Positions 1 to 11,500 of a stretch of 64,000 bases of DNA are shown here, one piece after another. A program made the position numbers and the translations under genes. Source of the DNA: Xylographa opegraphella (taxonomy: Eukaryota); contig JALDZX010000006.1 in the NCBI GenBank assembly GCA_022813865.1, forward strand, positions 620,001 through 684,000, in the 5' to 3' direction. Every line of letters begins with the position of its first letter. The stretch's first letter is position 1. Below the pieces are notes generated by a model that ran no database searches, was not told the origin of the DNA, and saw nothing but the letters and a program-made list of their open reading frames with translations.

Positions 1-38
1 AGGATGTCTGCCGCAGGGTCAAAATATCAGAGACGTAC

Positions 39-223
39 GGTGTTGGCCCAGCCCACGCACTCGAATTCATACCACCATTCATAGCAGGTGGTGGGGGTTC
101 CATGCCTGGTGGTGGTTGAGGCACACCTCTCATATGAGGTGGGATGTATGCTGAGCGTCCAATGCCGTTGGCATGCTGGGAGTCCCCCAAGGAGAGACCA
201 TTCATATTAAGTGAGTCTGCCAT
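39..223 (-). CDS. ded1: First coding exon of ATP-dependent DEAD-box RNA helicase Ded1 (gene continues beyond window start)
   Basis: Not in the ORF track. ATG at 223 reads MADSLNMNGLSLGDSQHANGIGRSAYIPPHMRG...SAWAGPT, followed by a GTACGT donor at 38. RSAYIPPH(L/M)R is the characteristic N-terminal motif of Ded1/DDX3. Confidence 0.85.
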
Positions 224-988
224 AGCGAGGCTTTCGATTTGATTGTAGTAAAGGTCTTTTGTGATGAAGGTGAAATCTTAGATTGGATTGTCAGCTTTCA
301 AGACTTCACTCAAGATATCACTCTGATAAGGCCCACTCCGTCCAGATAAGATCCAATACTGCGTGGTGAGAAGCTTGCAAGGTGAGATGACCTTTCTCGA
401 TATCTGGGAATTCCAGACGCTTTCGAAGAGTCTAAAAACCGAGCAACAGTATCGAAGTAAGATGAAATCGAAGTAAGAAGAATGAGTGTCCTTGCTCTTC
501 TATATCTGCAGGCAGATATGAAGACGAGGAGGGTATGAAGCGGAATGAGTATGAGAGCAAACAATCTGCTAGACCGTGCCCTTGAGTTGTTGATGTGTGT
601 GTGTGTCGTAAGGTTGGGTAGTGAATCTCAGAAGTTTTTTTCGGAGTTTCTGGATGAACTACTGTTAGCGGACGGGAAATAGTCACTTCTCGCTTATCCG
701 CCCGGTGAATGTGGCTAACAACCGACTAGCGGGACTTAAGGGGACCGTAGAGGCAAAAGGGGCAAAATGTAAATCCTTCTTAGGGAGTGCATTGGTCTTG
801 CTGCGCTGCCTTTTCAATGTTGAGTTTACCCATATATGGATCACTGATTATTACAGAAGGGACCATGCGTCAAGTCCGTACACGAACTCGATCCTGGGCA
901 GTCTTGGCAAAAGTTGTCAATCGAGTACAATGTACAAGAAGATTATTAAAGATGACACCCGATGGTTCATTGATGTTATGAATTAATG

Positions 989-1221
989 TTATGCTGGAAA
1001 ATTCTCTGCCGGATTACCAGCTCTGCTCCTCATCTTGAAGTAGATAGCGATGACACCAACAACAACCCCGAAAAAGGTAACCTTTTGTAATACCTTCCCA
1101 CCATCACTTGGAGTGATCGGGGCATCTTCGAGAACAACATGCTCGGCTTCTTTAAGTGCGTTCGGCTTTGTTACGTCCAGTTCGTCACCATCGATGGCTG
1201 GAAGAACCGTTCCTTCAAGAT
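989..1221 (-). CDS. cypB: Alternative terminal exon of cyclophilin B (acidic linker, transmembrane helix, short basic tail)
   Basis: 84-nt intron 1305..1222 (GTATTC donor, GCTGAT branch, AAG acceptor) joins in frame to DLEGTVLPAIDGDELDV...KVLQKVTFFGVVVGVIAIYFKMRSRAGNPAENFPA*, with TAA at 991..989. Confidence 0.7.
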
Positions 1222-1285
1222 CTTATGGAAGTATCAGCGATTCAAAAGCTCACGAAGGACGCGGCAAAGTATGAAGCGAGCCGAC

Positions 1286-2069
1286 CTAAAGCTCTGCCCG
1301 AATACCTTCTTCGATCGGTAGCTCTCCACTCTTAGCGATCTTCACTGTTTTTACCGGCTTGTCTCCCCTAGCTGTCTCTACATTCTCGACAATCTCAACA
1401 AATTCGTAGCCTTCCATCACCTCTCCGAATACTACGTGCTTTCCGTCAAGGTGACTGCAAGACTTCATTAATGCAAGAGTAGAAGCAGATTTGTGGGTAA
1501 GAACTTACGGGGTTGGAACAGTGGTGATGAAGAACTGGGATCCATTGGTGTCCTTTCCGGAATTGGCCATGCTCATTGTTCCCTTTTTGCTATGCTTTAA
1601 TTTGAAGTTCTCGTCAGGGAATTTGGCGCCGTAGATAGACTTCCCTCCAGTGCCTAAAGAATGTCAATCACTCACATTCGTTGAACTTGGGGGCTTCTTG
1701 CCTACTGACCGTCACCCATAGTAAAGTCTCCACCCTGGATCATGAACCTCTTGATCACACGGTGAAAGGTCGAGCCTTCATAGCCGAATCCTTTTTCCCC
1801 TGTGCATAGCGCACGGAAGTTCTCCGCCGTCTTGGGTGTCGTCTTGCCATAAAGGCCAATGACAACTCGTCCTAAAGGCTCATCGCCATGAGTCAGATCG
1901 AAGTAGACCTGTAATGACAATGAGTAAAGGATTTCCGTCTCGAGTTCATTTCTCATACCTTGCTTGTAATCTTGGGTCCTTTCGTAGCTTCGGATGTCTG
2001 GGCGAAGAAGACAAATGTGGCAGCAAGAATGAGCAATAACGAAATGACGATACGCTGCATACTAGCCAT
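1286..2069 (-). CDS. cypB: Cyclophilin B, secretory-pathway peptidyl-prolyl isomerase (4 coding exons in the short isoform)
   Basis: Signal peptide [23 protein letters not shown]; motifs [58 protein letters not shown]-terminal RAEL resembles an HDEL-type ER-retention signal. Confidence 0.95.
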
Positions 2070-2189
2070 GGTGATCGACGATTCGAGAGTGGGGTGTTCT
2101 TGAGTTGTCAGACAATCCGAAAGAGACTGGCCCGCTAACCCTTAAATTGGACCGTGGTGAGTGGACTTCTCGCCAAATATGCAGCTTGC

Positions 2190-2453
2190 TACTCAGGCGG
2201 GTTTTTCCGGAAGGCACATCGAATATTGAGCAACCCCACCAGAATTCGCCCTTTAAATAAATTAGAACTATGGTCCGATTTATTATTGAATCGCGGAAAC
2301 GATGCGTACGCTTGAACTTAAGCTATCTACTTTAATATTGGTTATTTCGTCAAGTATTGAATATTTAATGAGCCTTTAAATGCCTTGTTTGCAGAGTCGT
2401 CGCTAAGGTCGGTTAATATTCAGGTGTGCCCTCCGGAAAAACCCGCCTGAGTA
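2190..2453. mobile_element. MITE-like non-autonomous element (Tc1/mariner-type TA flanks)
   Basis: ~40-bp imperfect terminal inverted repeats (CTCAGGCGGGTTTTTCCGGAAGGCACATC... at 2192 and ...GGTGTGCCCTCCGGAAAAACCCGCCTGAG ending 2451), TA on both sides, AT-rich non-coding interior, 260 bp. Confidence 0.8.
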
Positions 2454-2633
2454 AAGGCTACCTAGCTAGACTACCTCTACTCTAGCTGCAAAAATATAGG
2501 GCTGTAGAGGTAGTACAGGTAGTAACAAGTTTGATCGAATCATAAGGTACCTAAGATGCTGCGCGCCCGCACCTACTAGTATATAAGAAGACCTGCTAAT
2601 AGTTAATCCTCTTGTAGAGGCCAATCCATTAAT

Positions 2634-3092
2634 ATGGTAAGTACGAGTATGGCGACACCAAGACTCCTGCTGAGTACCGCAGGTCTTCATCCTCGGCATC
2701 AACTTCCCCGAAGCCCAACTTGTGAAAGTATGTCTCTCACAAGCCCTTTCACGGCAAATAACACTGACCTTCATGGACAGCGGACACTCACTTCCTTCTA
2801 CGGCATTGGCCCCCTCGTATCGTCTCGCATAATGGCCCGCCTCTCCATCCACCCTACCGCTAAGGTCGGCTCCCTCGCCAACAAGCAAGTACTGGACCTG
2901 ACAGCGGAGCTTTCGGGCATGACGATCGAGAACGAACTTCGGCGGCAACTGCGTGACAATATCGCCAGACTAAGGGATATGGGTTCTTACAGGGGAAGGA
3001 GACACGCGATGGGGTTACCGGTCAGGGGCCAGCGGACCAAGACCCAGACGGCCACAGCGAATAAGCTGAACAGAGTGGAGAGGAAGGGCTAA
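2634..3092 (+). CDS. sws2: Mitochondrial small-subunit ribosomal protein uS13 (Sws2)
   Basis: ATG-only first coding exon; introns 2637..2682 and 2728..2780; spliced MVFILGINFPEAQLVKRTLTSFYGIG...GSYRGRRHAMGLPVRGQRTK is the S13 signature. Confidence 0.93.
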   Translation: MVSTSMATPRLLLSTAGLHPRHQLPRSPTCESMSLTSPFTANNTDLHGQRTLTSFYGIGPLVSSRIMARLSIHPTAKVGSLANKQVLDLTAELSGMTIENELRRQLRDNIARLRDMGSYRGRRHAMGLPVRGQRTKTQTATANKLNRVERKG

Positions 3093-3463
3093 GGAGGTAG
3101 ATGATGGTGCATTGCCCTTGATTCTATGAAGGAGGAATAACCGGCGATGATTGCCGTTGAATATTTAGGGAGCTCAAAGATGAGGCTCGACATCCGTGGA
3201 CGTGAAGGAGAAGGATGGCCGGACGTTCAGCGAAGGAAGTCTGACCTTTTAAAGCTTGCTCCTAGATGCTATGAAAGGAGAGAGTCTTCGAGTAGATCTT
3301 CTGCATCAGATCTTCTGCTAGGTAGCCTCCCAAAATCAACATCATTTGGGCGGTTCATAGCCTACGACCAGTCTTTGTCTGTAGGACACCGTATCAATCG
3401 CAAGATCTGAATACTGACCACCTTCAGGATAGTCAATTGATAGTCAATTGATGATTTCTCATA

Positions 3464-4970
3464 CTAGCCACCATCTTTGCTCCCTACCATCCCCTTTCCC
3501 CTATTGATCTGTAGCCGCTTGTCTTCTCCGCCACTTATGATGCCGACTTCCTTATCCCAACAGACTCCAAAAACCTTGACACCTTCACCACCAACCCTCC
3601 TTGGCTCATCATTCACGCTCGCGCGTGTGATGGTATATATGCTGTCACCTACCACGCCATCTTTATCAGTTCTGCTAGATCTAATGTCCCAAATACGGCA
3701 TGTTCCATCATGGCTGCCGCTAAGGAGACCATATGCACTGTCAGGATCACGAGCTAAGGAGACGATGGCATTGGCGTGCCCACGTAGTGTCATTGCTGCA
3801 ATAGCAGTTGCAGAGGCACGAGGGTCGATCAAGGTTATGTGTCGCGCTGAAGTTCCAACAGCGATGAGATTAAGCTCGGGAAGTGCTGTTAGTGATAGTA
3901 GAGTATGCGAAGTAGTTCGTGTATCAACTAGAGAGGCCGTCGGTAGGTCCCATGTTCGTAAGGTATGGTCCCAAGACGTGGAATATGCGACTGTTGCGTC
4001 GTTGGGGGCGAATATGGTGGAAGAAACAGGCGCATTGTGCGAGGTTAGTAGAGCAAGTGGGCCACGTTGAGTGGTACTGGTGGAAGTCGAGATTCTCCGC
4101 CGTTTTGCACTTCGAGCTTTTTCATGCTGAATGAGAGCAGCTGGTGCAATAGGAGCATCAGACTTCCTCAAGGACCAGATTCCAACGGAGTGATCTGCGG
4201 AAGCTGAAAGGATTCGAGATGAGGGATGATGTGTGGCTATGCAGTCGACACTCGCTTTATGACCATAAAGTTCAATTTGAGGGCTCAATGATGCCGAGAA
4301 GCCGTCGCTGTCTTCCGTATATTTCCATACTCTGATGGTACGGTCCAGACCCGCGGAAACAACCTGTGTTTGCGACGCAAATTTCGCCGCTTTGACGGAA
4401 GAAGTGTGACCGCCGTGCCCAGCTGCAGGAGATGTAGCTACGACCTCTGAGGACATATTCCATATACGTATCAGTCCATCATAACTACCTGACAGAAGTC
4501 TTTCTTGTCCCGGCAGTTTGGATACATTGATAGTGGCCCGCTGCCCTGCAGTGGACGTATTTGAAAATATGTCAACAGAGCTTATCCAGTCGTCGTGCTC
4601 GAATGAGGCAAGGTGAATCGGTGGTATGATAGCTCGTAAGTATTCGACAGTAAGGACTGTCTCAGCGGATATGCCATTGGCGGTAAGGTATTCGTGGATC
4701 GAAGTTCGAAGATACTTGCCATTTATGAGAAATTCAAATGGTATAGGCTTCTCCGTTTCCAATAGAGCATTTACGAGAGTCGACAGTGCATAACGCCGTA
4801 AATCTCAAGGCTTTGTCAGTCAGCTCCAATGGTGAAAACAAAGGCTTGGGCTTACTAGTATTGACGAGAATTGGTCCCGTATTTTTGGGTAAAGAAATGT
4901 CTAAATGGCGTGTGGTCAACTGCAGTTTCACTTGCGTGTTTGGCAATGCGGCAGAATCCTTGTCCGCCAT
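3464..4970 (-). CDS. ytm1: Ribosome biogenesis WD40 protein Ytm1/WDR12
   Basis: N-terminal NLE/UBL-like segment ([36 protein letters not shown]) followed by WD40 repeats; one intron 4855..4804. Confidence 0.93.
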
Positions 4971-5058
4971 CTCTCAGTCTCCTGATCAAATACTGTTGTC
5001 GTGGACTAAATGATGGAAATAAGTTCCCGAGAGGGTCCGCAATAGCTACAGTTCATTC

Positions 5059-5067
5059 AAACCCTAA
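5059..5067. promoter_or_regulatory. Telobox-like AAACCCTAA element upstream of ytm1
   Basis: Exact AAACCCTAA ~90 bp upstream of the ytm1 ATG, overlapping an AAAATTT run; binding function is inferred only. Confidence 0.3.
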
Positions 5068-5279
5068 AATTTGATGTTACAAGCTGAGAAATAGCCGAGC
5101 AATAATTGTGTGTGGCTAAGACGATGCTGAATTCAGAGGGTCTACGTCTTCATCAGAATCGTCTATTCTATGTGGAAAAAGCGCTCTAATGTATCGCTTC
5201 AGCAGTCCTACCCGGCCTTTGCTATGTATAAAATGCGATGCAATCTTCAAAAGTTCCGAAGTATCAATCCACAGCCTTG

Positions 5280-7735
5280 TCACATCATACCATTCGGATG
5301 AGAACGAGGAAGTTTCTCGTCGCAATAATTTGGAGCCTTCGGACCTGCAGCACCCGCCCAACTCATTACAGTTAGGGTAGTAGTGTACACCATCCCAACG
5401 CACCCAAAAATGCATAGAGCCATATCTGCAAAACGTTGTTTTCGGCTATGTGCGACCGCTTTCAGGTGAAGCAGAGGCTAAATCTGATTGTCAGAAATGC
5501 TTTTGAAGATGCAGAGTCGATACTTACAGGGTAGACATACACAAGCGGCACGCAGGCGAAACTGCCCACAAGTGCTACAAACTTGTCTAAATCTCCAGCT
5601 CCACCCCACGCAAGAAGCGCACAACCAATGACAAAGAAGAACCGGAATATGTTCTTCTGCCATTTAATCCATGCATTGTATTTGCCACTCCTTGTGAATA
5701 ATTCGTTTTCCATGATACGAATAGCCGGAAAGAGCTGTAAAGGGGTTGATAGCAATATGGCCAGCGAATACAGGAACTGTACAGCATTGACGAACTTGTT
5801 ATCTTGCGGCAGATTGAGCAACACCACCGTTCTTGTAGAGGACCCAAAAGCGGCGTATGAGAAAGCACCCATGCTCATGAAAATGAGAGTGATGATGACC
5901 ATCACAATAGCTAGCACGCGCGGGAACTTCGTAGGTTCTTTCATGGTTTCCTGTATTGGTATGATCAGACCAATACCCTCAAAAGTGAAGATCGCTGTGC
6001 CAATGAAGAGTGTCCAATCGCGAGGATTGAAAGTTTTCACGTCGGATTGGCCGTGTTCGACCAGTGTCGATATGTCGTAATAGTATAGATAAACCAAGCC
6101 TAGCAGAATGAATATGTCCGCTACCAGTGCTGTGCCTCCAAGTTTGCTTATGTCTCGTACAAGAGACAGTGGCAGAAAGATTATCAATTGCATTAGTACC
6201 ATGAATTTGATATCAATAAATGTTCGACACCGTGAGACTGCCAAGATGAAGGCCTGGAGGTTCTCAGAGGTAAATACAATGTAAGCTGCGACAAACCCGA
6301 TCTGGCTGAGCACGATTGATGTTAGAATCAATGTTCGCATAGGTTTACCATAAACAATACCACCAATATCTCCAAAAGAGCCATCAATTTTTAACTTCGT
6401 GTTCACGAGCAAAATAAAGCAGTAATAGCTCAAGGACGCTACTCCAAGCAGGACAACATTACTAAAGACCATCCCGCCATTGAGATATGCTTTGGGTAAG
6501 AAAAGGACGCCGGTACCGACGAAGGACTTGAGTAAGAGTAAAGCCGCACCGACCGGCGTGCTCTGTCCAGAGCTCGTTCTAGGCTTCCGCCTCCTCTTAC
6601 GGCCACCTGGTGTTCTTGGAGTCAGGAGATTGCTGCCTTCGCCAGGCTCGTCACCATCTCGGTCCTCTATATCGTCATCGTCATAAAAGCCTTCAGCCCC
6701 ACCACCATCTGATGCAAAATAGTCTCCAGGTTCAAGGACTTCGTCGTCCTCTTCAAGCTCTTCGCCCGCAAAGTGCCCATATAGGGTAAGGAATTCGATA
6801 AAATTCGCCGTGAAAAGCTTTGGCCGACGTCTGTTGTGGCTTGCATGGCCTTGGTTGCTTGAATGTGTTCCATGCATTCGTTTTGCAGGTGAGGGACTTC
6901 GTGCTGACCTCTGGAGATAATTCCTCCTAAAGCCTCCTGGTGCTTTGATCGTATTGATATCAAGGGTGTCACTAACGGGCTCGGGGCGGAAGACGTTGAA
7001 GCTTTTGCTCCTCTTTCCACGCCCGCCAGTCTGCGATTGTGCATCTGCGTCTTCAGCCCATCTGTACACCTGTCGCGTTATGTCGCCGCCTTGGAGCTGC
7101 AGGCTAGAGAATTCTTCATCATCATTCGCATCAGGATCGGATACTGTATCTTGTGTTAGGCCTACTACAGAAGTCCGTCCACGGACCGTAGAAGATCCAT
7201 GTCGGGACCTGGAATAACCGTCCGAATCATCAGCATTTGCAGGCTGGACTAAGTGTCTCTTAACAATCTCGGGATCCTCATTTGGACCGAGTTGCGTCCG
7301 TCCACCTTGTACGACTGAGTTGTCAAATGAGCCGTATGTACTTTGTTGTGTCTCTCCTTGAAACGCCGCTCCAGTTGCAGCCGGAGAAAGTGGCCGTAAG
7401 GGAGGTGTCCCATAGCGCGGCGGACTCCGCCCGTACGCTCCTTGAAGCGCGGCTGCAATAGCCGATCTACCAGGTCCAGAGACTGAGTTACTGGCTTCAA
7501 CCCCTGGGAGAGGACTTTGAGTGCCGGTAGTGAGTTGGCTAAGGGCTGGTACCTGACGGATTGGTGGGGTCCCGGTTGTGACACCTGATGGAACAGGCGA
7601 AGCCAGACGGGCTATTGAAGTATTGCGAGAGGCAGAAGCGGCGGCCGGAGACCTGCTACCAGAAGCTCCTGCAGAGCCCGCTCGGGGTACAGGCCGCGGC
7701 TTTGAGGGCGCTGGCGAGTCGCTGCGGTCAGCCAT
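5280..7735 (-). CDS. avt3: Vacuolar amino-acid transporter, Avt3/Avt4 family (Aa_trans)
   Basis: Long S/P-rich N-terminus, LQGGDITRQVYRW and FIEFLTLYGHFAGEEL motifs, LLLLKSFVGTGVLFLP then multiple TM helices; intron 5527..5478 adds last exon PLLHLKA...YCDEKLPRSHPNGMM*. Confidence 0.9.
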
Positions 7736-8502
7736 TACCAGAAGACGTCCAAGATTTCTCCGACAGGGCGAGTAGAACACTTCACGACGACCACCAACTT
7801 TGAGTGAAGTTGAGCGTATGTGACTTTTAAGACTCCATTTGCGAGACTTCGTGAACCATCGTGGTTAGATATAGTCTTTGTTATCGTAGACGCATCACGA
7901 GGGCTTTGTATGTGATGATTCAGGCAGCTGGGAAGGATCCGGGCTTTGACACAGCACCAGTCGGCTTTAAGTGCAAAGAAAGTGCCGAGCAAAAAGCTAA
8001 TCTTTGCGGTCAATTGATAAATAGTACAAATACAAAGCGCCGATATGTGTTTCGGAGTAAAGAGAACAATAGTTGATCGTCTTCGTTTCTTTTGCTGATC
8101 CTCGAGGTAGTCTAATCTAGGCCGAGGGCCCCCACGCATTTCCGGGATGCGGAAGAATATCCTACCGGCCCGGAGGTGGAGGGCAAACTCGAAACCTCGC
8201 TTGCAAGCTTCGAGACAAAATTTAGTCGCTTCGCACGTGCCGTGTTATATCGGAGGCTCTCAAGCTTCAATGTGACTCGGTTCTGACATGGAGGCTCATT
8301 CAGTTCTTCGGATCCCGGGAAATAGTCATTTACTTCATGCACGCAGGGATCGGCCTGTAGAAAGTCTCGCATTTCCCAGTCTGCAGTCGTGGAGGAGACG
8401 CCAATTCCGCCAGAGCCATATTACCGACCCGTGGACTCCTGGTTGCCTCAAGTCCTCCGCCGACGCTTTTACAAGATCGATCTCAGCTTGCATATCGCAA
8501 TC

Positions 8503-11500
8503 ATGACGGATGCTGAGAAACATGCTGTGCCCCGGATGGCTATGCCTCCAAGATCGCGCTCAACCTTTCTAGCTCGAACTGCAACCGATGATGCTGCTCA
8601 GCTTGATCGAGGTTTCTCAGTCCAAAGTTCCTCCGTCGATCAAATTGGCTCGAGGCAAAGTGCTTCAGCCGCAAGTAGGCCATACCAGCGCCAAAGAGAA
8701 GCCTTAGTGCCGAGCCGAGGGCTTCAAGTGAGGTCACCTAACACATTGAACGCATCCGCTGGAGAGCAGAGTGCTCCACTACTTCGGAGACTATCCTCGA
8801 GTACCCGAGCGAAGGCCAAGTCCGGCTACGGATCCTTCTCAGGACAGCAATCTGATCAAGGAGGTACTCAAGATCAGGAAAGCAAGGCGATGGTTGCTAT
8901 TCCTGGTACGCTACCACGCCCTATAGGAGGTCATTCCAAGCTCGGTACATTCTCGGGCGTCTTCGTTCCTACCAGTCTAAATGTACTTAGCATCTTGATG
9001 TTCTTACGATTTGGTTTCATTCTTGGCCAATCTGGTTTCTTGGGGATGATGGGGATGTTGATCGTTTCCTACCTTATCAATCTCGTTACCACTTTCAGCC
9101 TGAGTGCTATTGCATCTAACGGAACTGTTCGTGGAGGTGGAGCTTACTATCTTATCTCCAGATCCCTTGGACCCGAGTTCGGGGGTAGTATAGGTGTCGT
9201 TTTTTATCTAGGTTCCCTTCTCAACACTTCTATGAACGCTGTTGGTCTCGTAGACTGCTTAAAACAGAACTTTGGTGATATGTCCGGCAATTGGGTACGG
9301 TGGCTCCCAGAAGGGTTCTGGTGGGAGTATTTATGGGCAAGCATGATTCTCGTTCTTTGTACGGGTATCTGTTTAGCTGGCAGTAGTGTCTTTGCGCGCT
9401 GCAGTAACGGTCTTCTTGCACTACTATTGCTGGCGACGTTCAGTATTCCTTTCAGCATCTTTGTGGTACAGCCATTCCGCAACTCTGACTTAAACATCGA
9501 TTATACTGGACTTAGTGCACAGACGTTTAGGGCAAACCTCAAACCGCACTTCACGCGTCATGCTGCCGGCAGTCAAGTCAATTCGAAGGAGACTTTCCGG
9601 GATCTTCTCGGAATCCTTTTCCCAGCTACTGGCGGAATATTTGCTGGTGCAAGCATGTCCGGCGATCTCAAGCATCCAAGCAAAGCTATACCTAAGGGTA
9701 CTCTAGGTGGACTCGCTCTGACATTCGTTACTTATTCTGTGGTCATACTAGCAATGGCAGCTAGCATCACTAGGGATACATTCTATCACAATGTAAACAT
9801 TATTCAAGACGTGAACCTCTCTGGCGTACTAATCCTTCTTGGAGAATTTGCTACGAGCTTCTTTTCAGCATTGTATGTATATTCTATAAGTCTCTGTGTA
9901 TGATTCGCGCATGGTCTTGAGCTCAACATATGTTTCTGAAGCAAATCCGGTGCTTCAAAGATGTATTGAGACCCAGAAGTACTTTCGAGATCTCTTGCTC
10001 AACTAAAACCTCATAATCGTACGAAATGCTGATTCACTATCTTATAACAGAATGGGGGTAATTGGGTCCGCAAAGCTTCTACAAGCTCTAGCTCGTGATA
10101 ACCTGCTCCCCGGCATTTCTTGTTTCGGGCGAGGAACAAAGACGAATGACGAACCAGTTCATGCTATTCTTATAACCTATGCTATTGCTCAGATTTCTAT
10201 GCTGTCGAATATAAATCAACTGGCATCTTTCGTTACGATGACCTATTGTATGTAAATTACGATATTTCTCTACCCCTACTGGATTCAAATTGGTGTGCTG
10301 ACTTGCTGCTCCTAGTAATGACATTCCTTGTCACAAATCTGGCTTGTTTCCTATTGAAGATAAGTGCAGCACCCAATTTTCGACCTTCATTTCATTACTT
10401 CAATTGGTGGACTGCTGCTTTTGGAACATTGATTAGTGCAGCAACCATGTTCTTTGTCGATGGGGGCTACGCTACTGGGTGTGTGGGTATTCTTGTCGTC
10501 GTCTTCCTCATAATACATTATTTCTCACCTCCCAAATCCTGGGGGGATGTCAGTCAAAGTTTGATCTACCATCAGGTACGGAAGTATCTACTCCGGTTAC
10601 GCCAAGAGCATGTGAAATTCTGGCGACCACAAATTTTACTATTCATCAATGATCCGAGGCATCAATTCAAGCTCATCCAGTTTTGTAATGCTCTTAAGAA
10701 GGGCGCTCTTTTCGTTTTGGGACATGTTGTAGTTGCCGATGACTTTGGCGCGGCCGTTCCTGAAGCCCGTCAGCAACAAGCAGCTTGGTCGAAGTATATC
10801 GACTTTTCCAAGATTAAGGCATTTGTGAACATCGCCATCTCTCCTGGAATAGAATGGGGTACTCGGAACATTGTACTTTCTGCAGGGCTAGGCGGCATGC
10901 GTCCGAATATAGTTGTCATGGGCTTCTACAACTTAGAACGAGCCCGTGGCCTACATACCGCAGTCGATGCCGCTCTATCGCCCCTCGTGAAGCCGAAAGA
11001 AAGTCACAGTGACTTTCGACAACCGAGCAAGACAATACAAGGGCGGAGAGACAGCACTGTTGTCAAACTAAGCGGGCTTCTGCCAACTGATTCGTGTCGA
11101 ACCGAGGGAGACATCAGTCCATCGAGTTATGTTACAATTCTTGAGGACTTGCTATTACAATTACGAATCAACGTAGCCGTCGCGAAAGGCTTTCAGGACC
11201 TTGAGTTCCCGCGTCTTAAGGGAAGGAATACAAAAAAGTACATCGACCTTTGGCCGATTCAAATGTCTGCCGAGATTACCGCTGAAACTGGCGGCGAAAA
11301 ACATAATGTTCTCACCACAAATTTCGACACTTATACGCTCATTTTACAGCTCGGCTGCATTCTGGATACTGTTCCCGCGTGGAAGAAAGTATACAGGGTG
11401 CGAGTGGCGGTATTTGTCGAATATGAGTCAGACGTTGAAGAAGAGCGCGGACGGGTCAAGACACTACTGACTAATCTTCGGATAGAGGCTGAAGTTCTCG

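Noticed and set aside
3430..3451. Short tandem duplications (TAGTCAATTGA x2 here, TGACCAGAGC x2 at 35371)
   Set aside because: Ordinary slippage duplications with no spacer structure; nothing CRISPR-like in this eukaryotic window.
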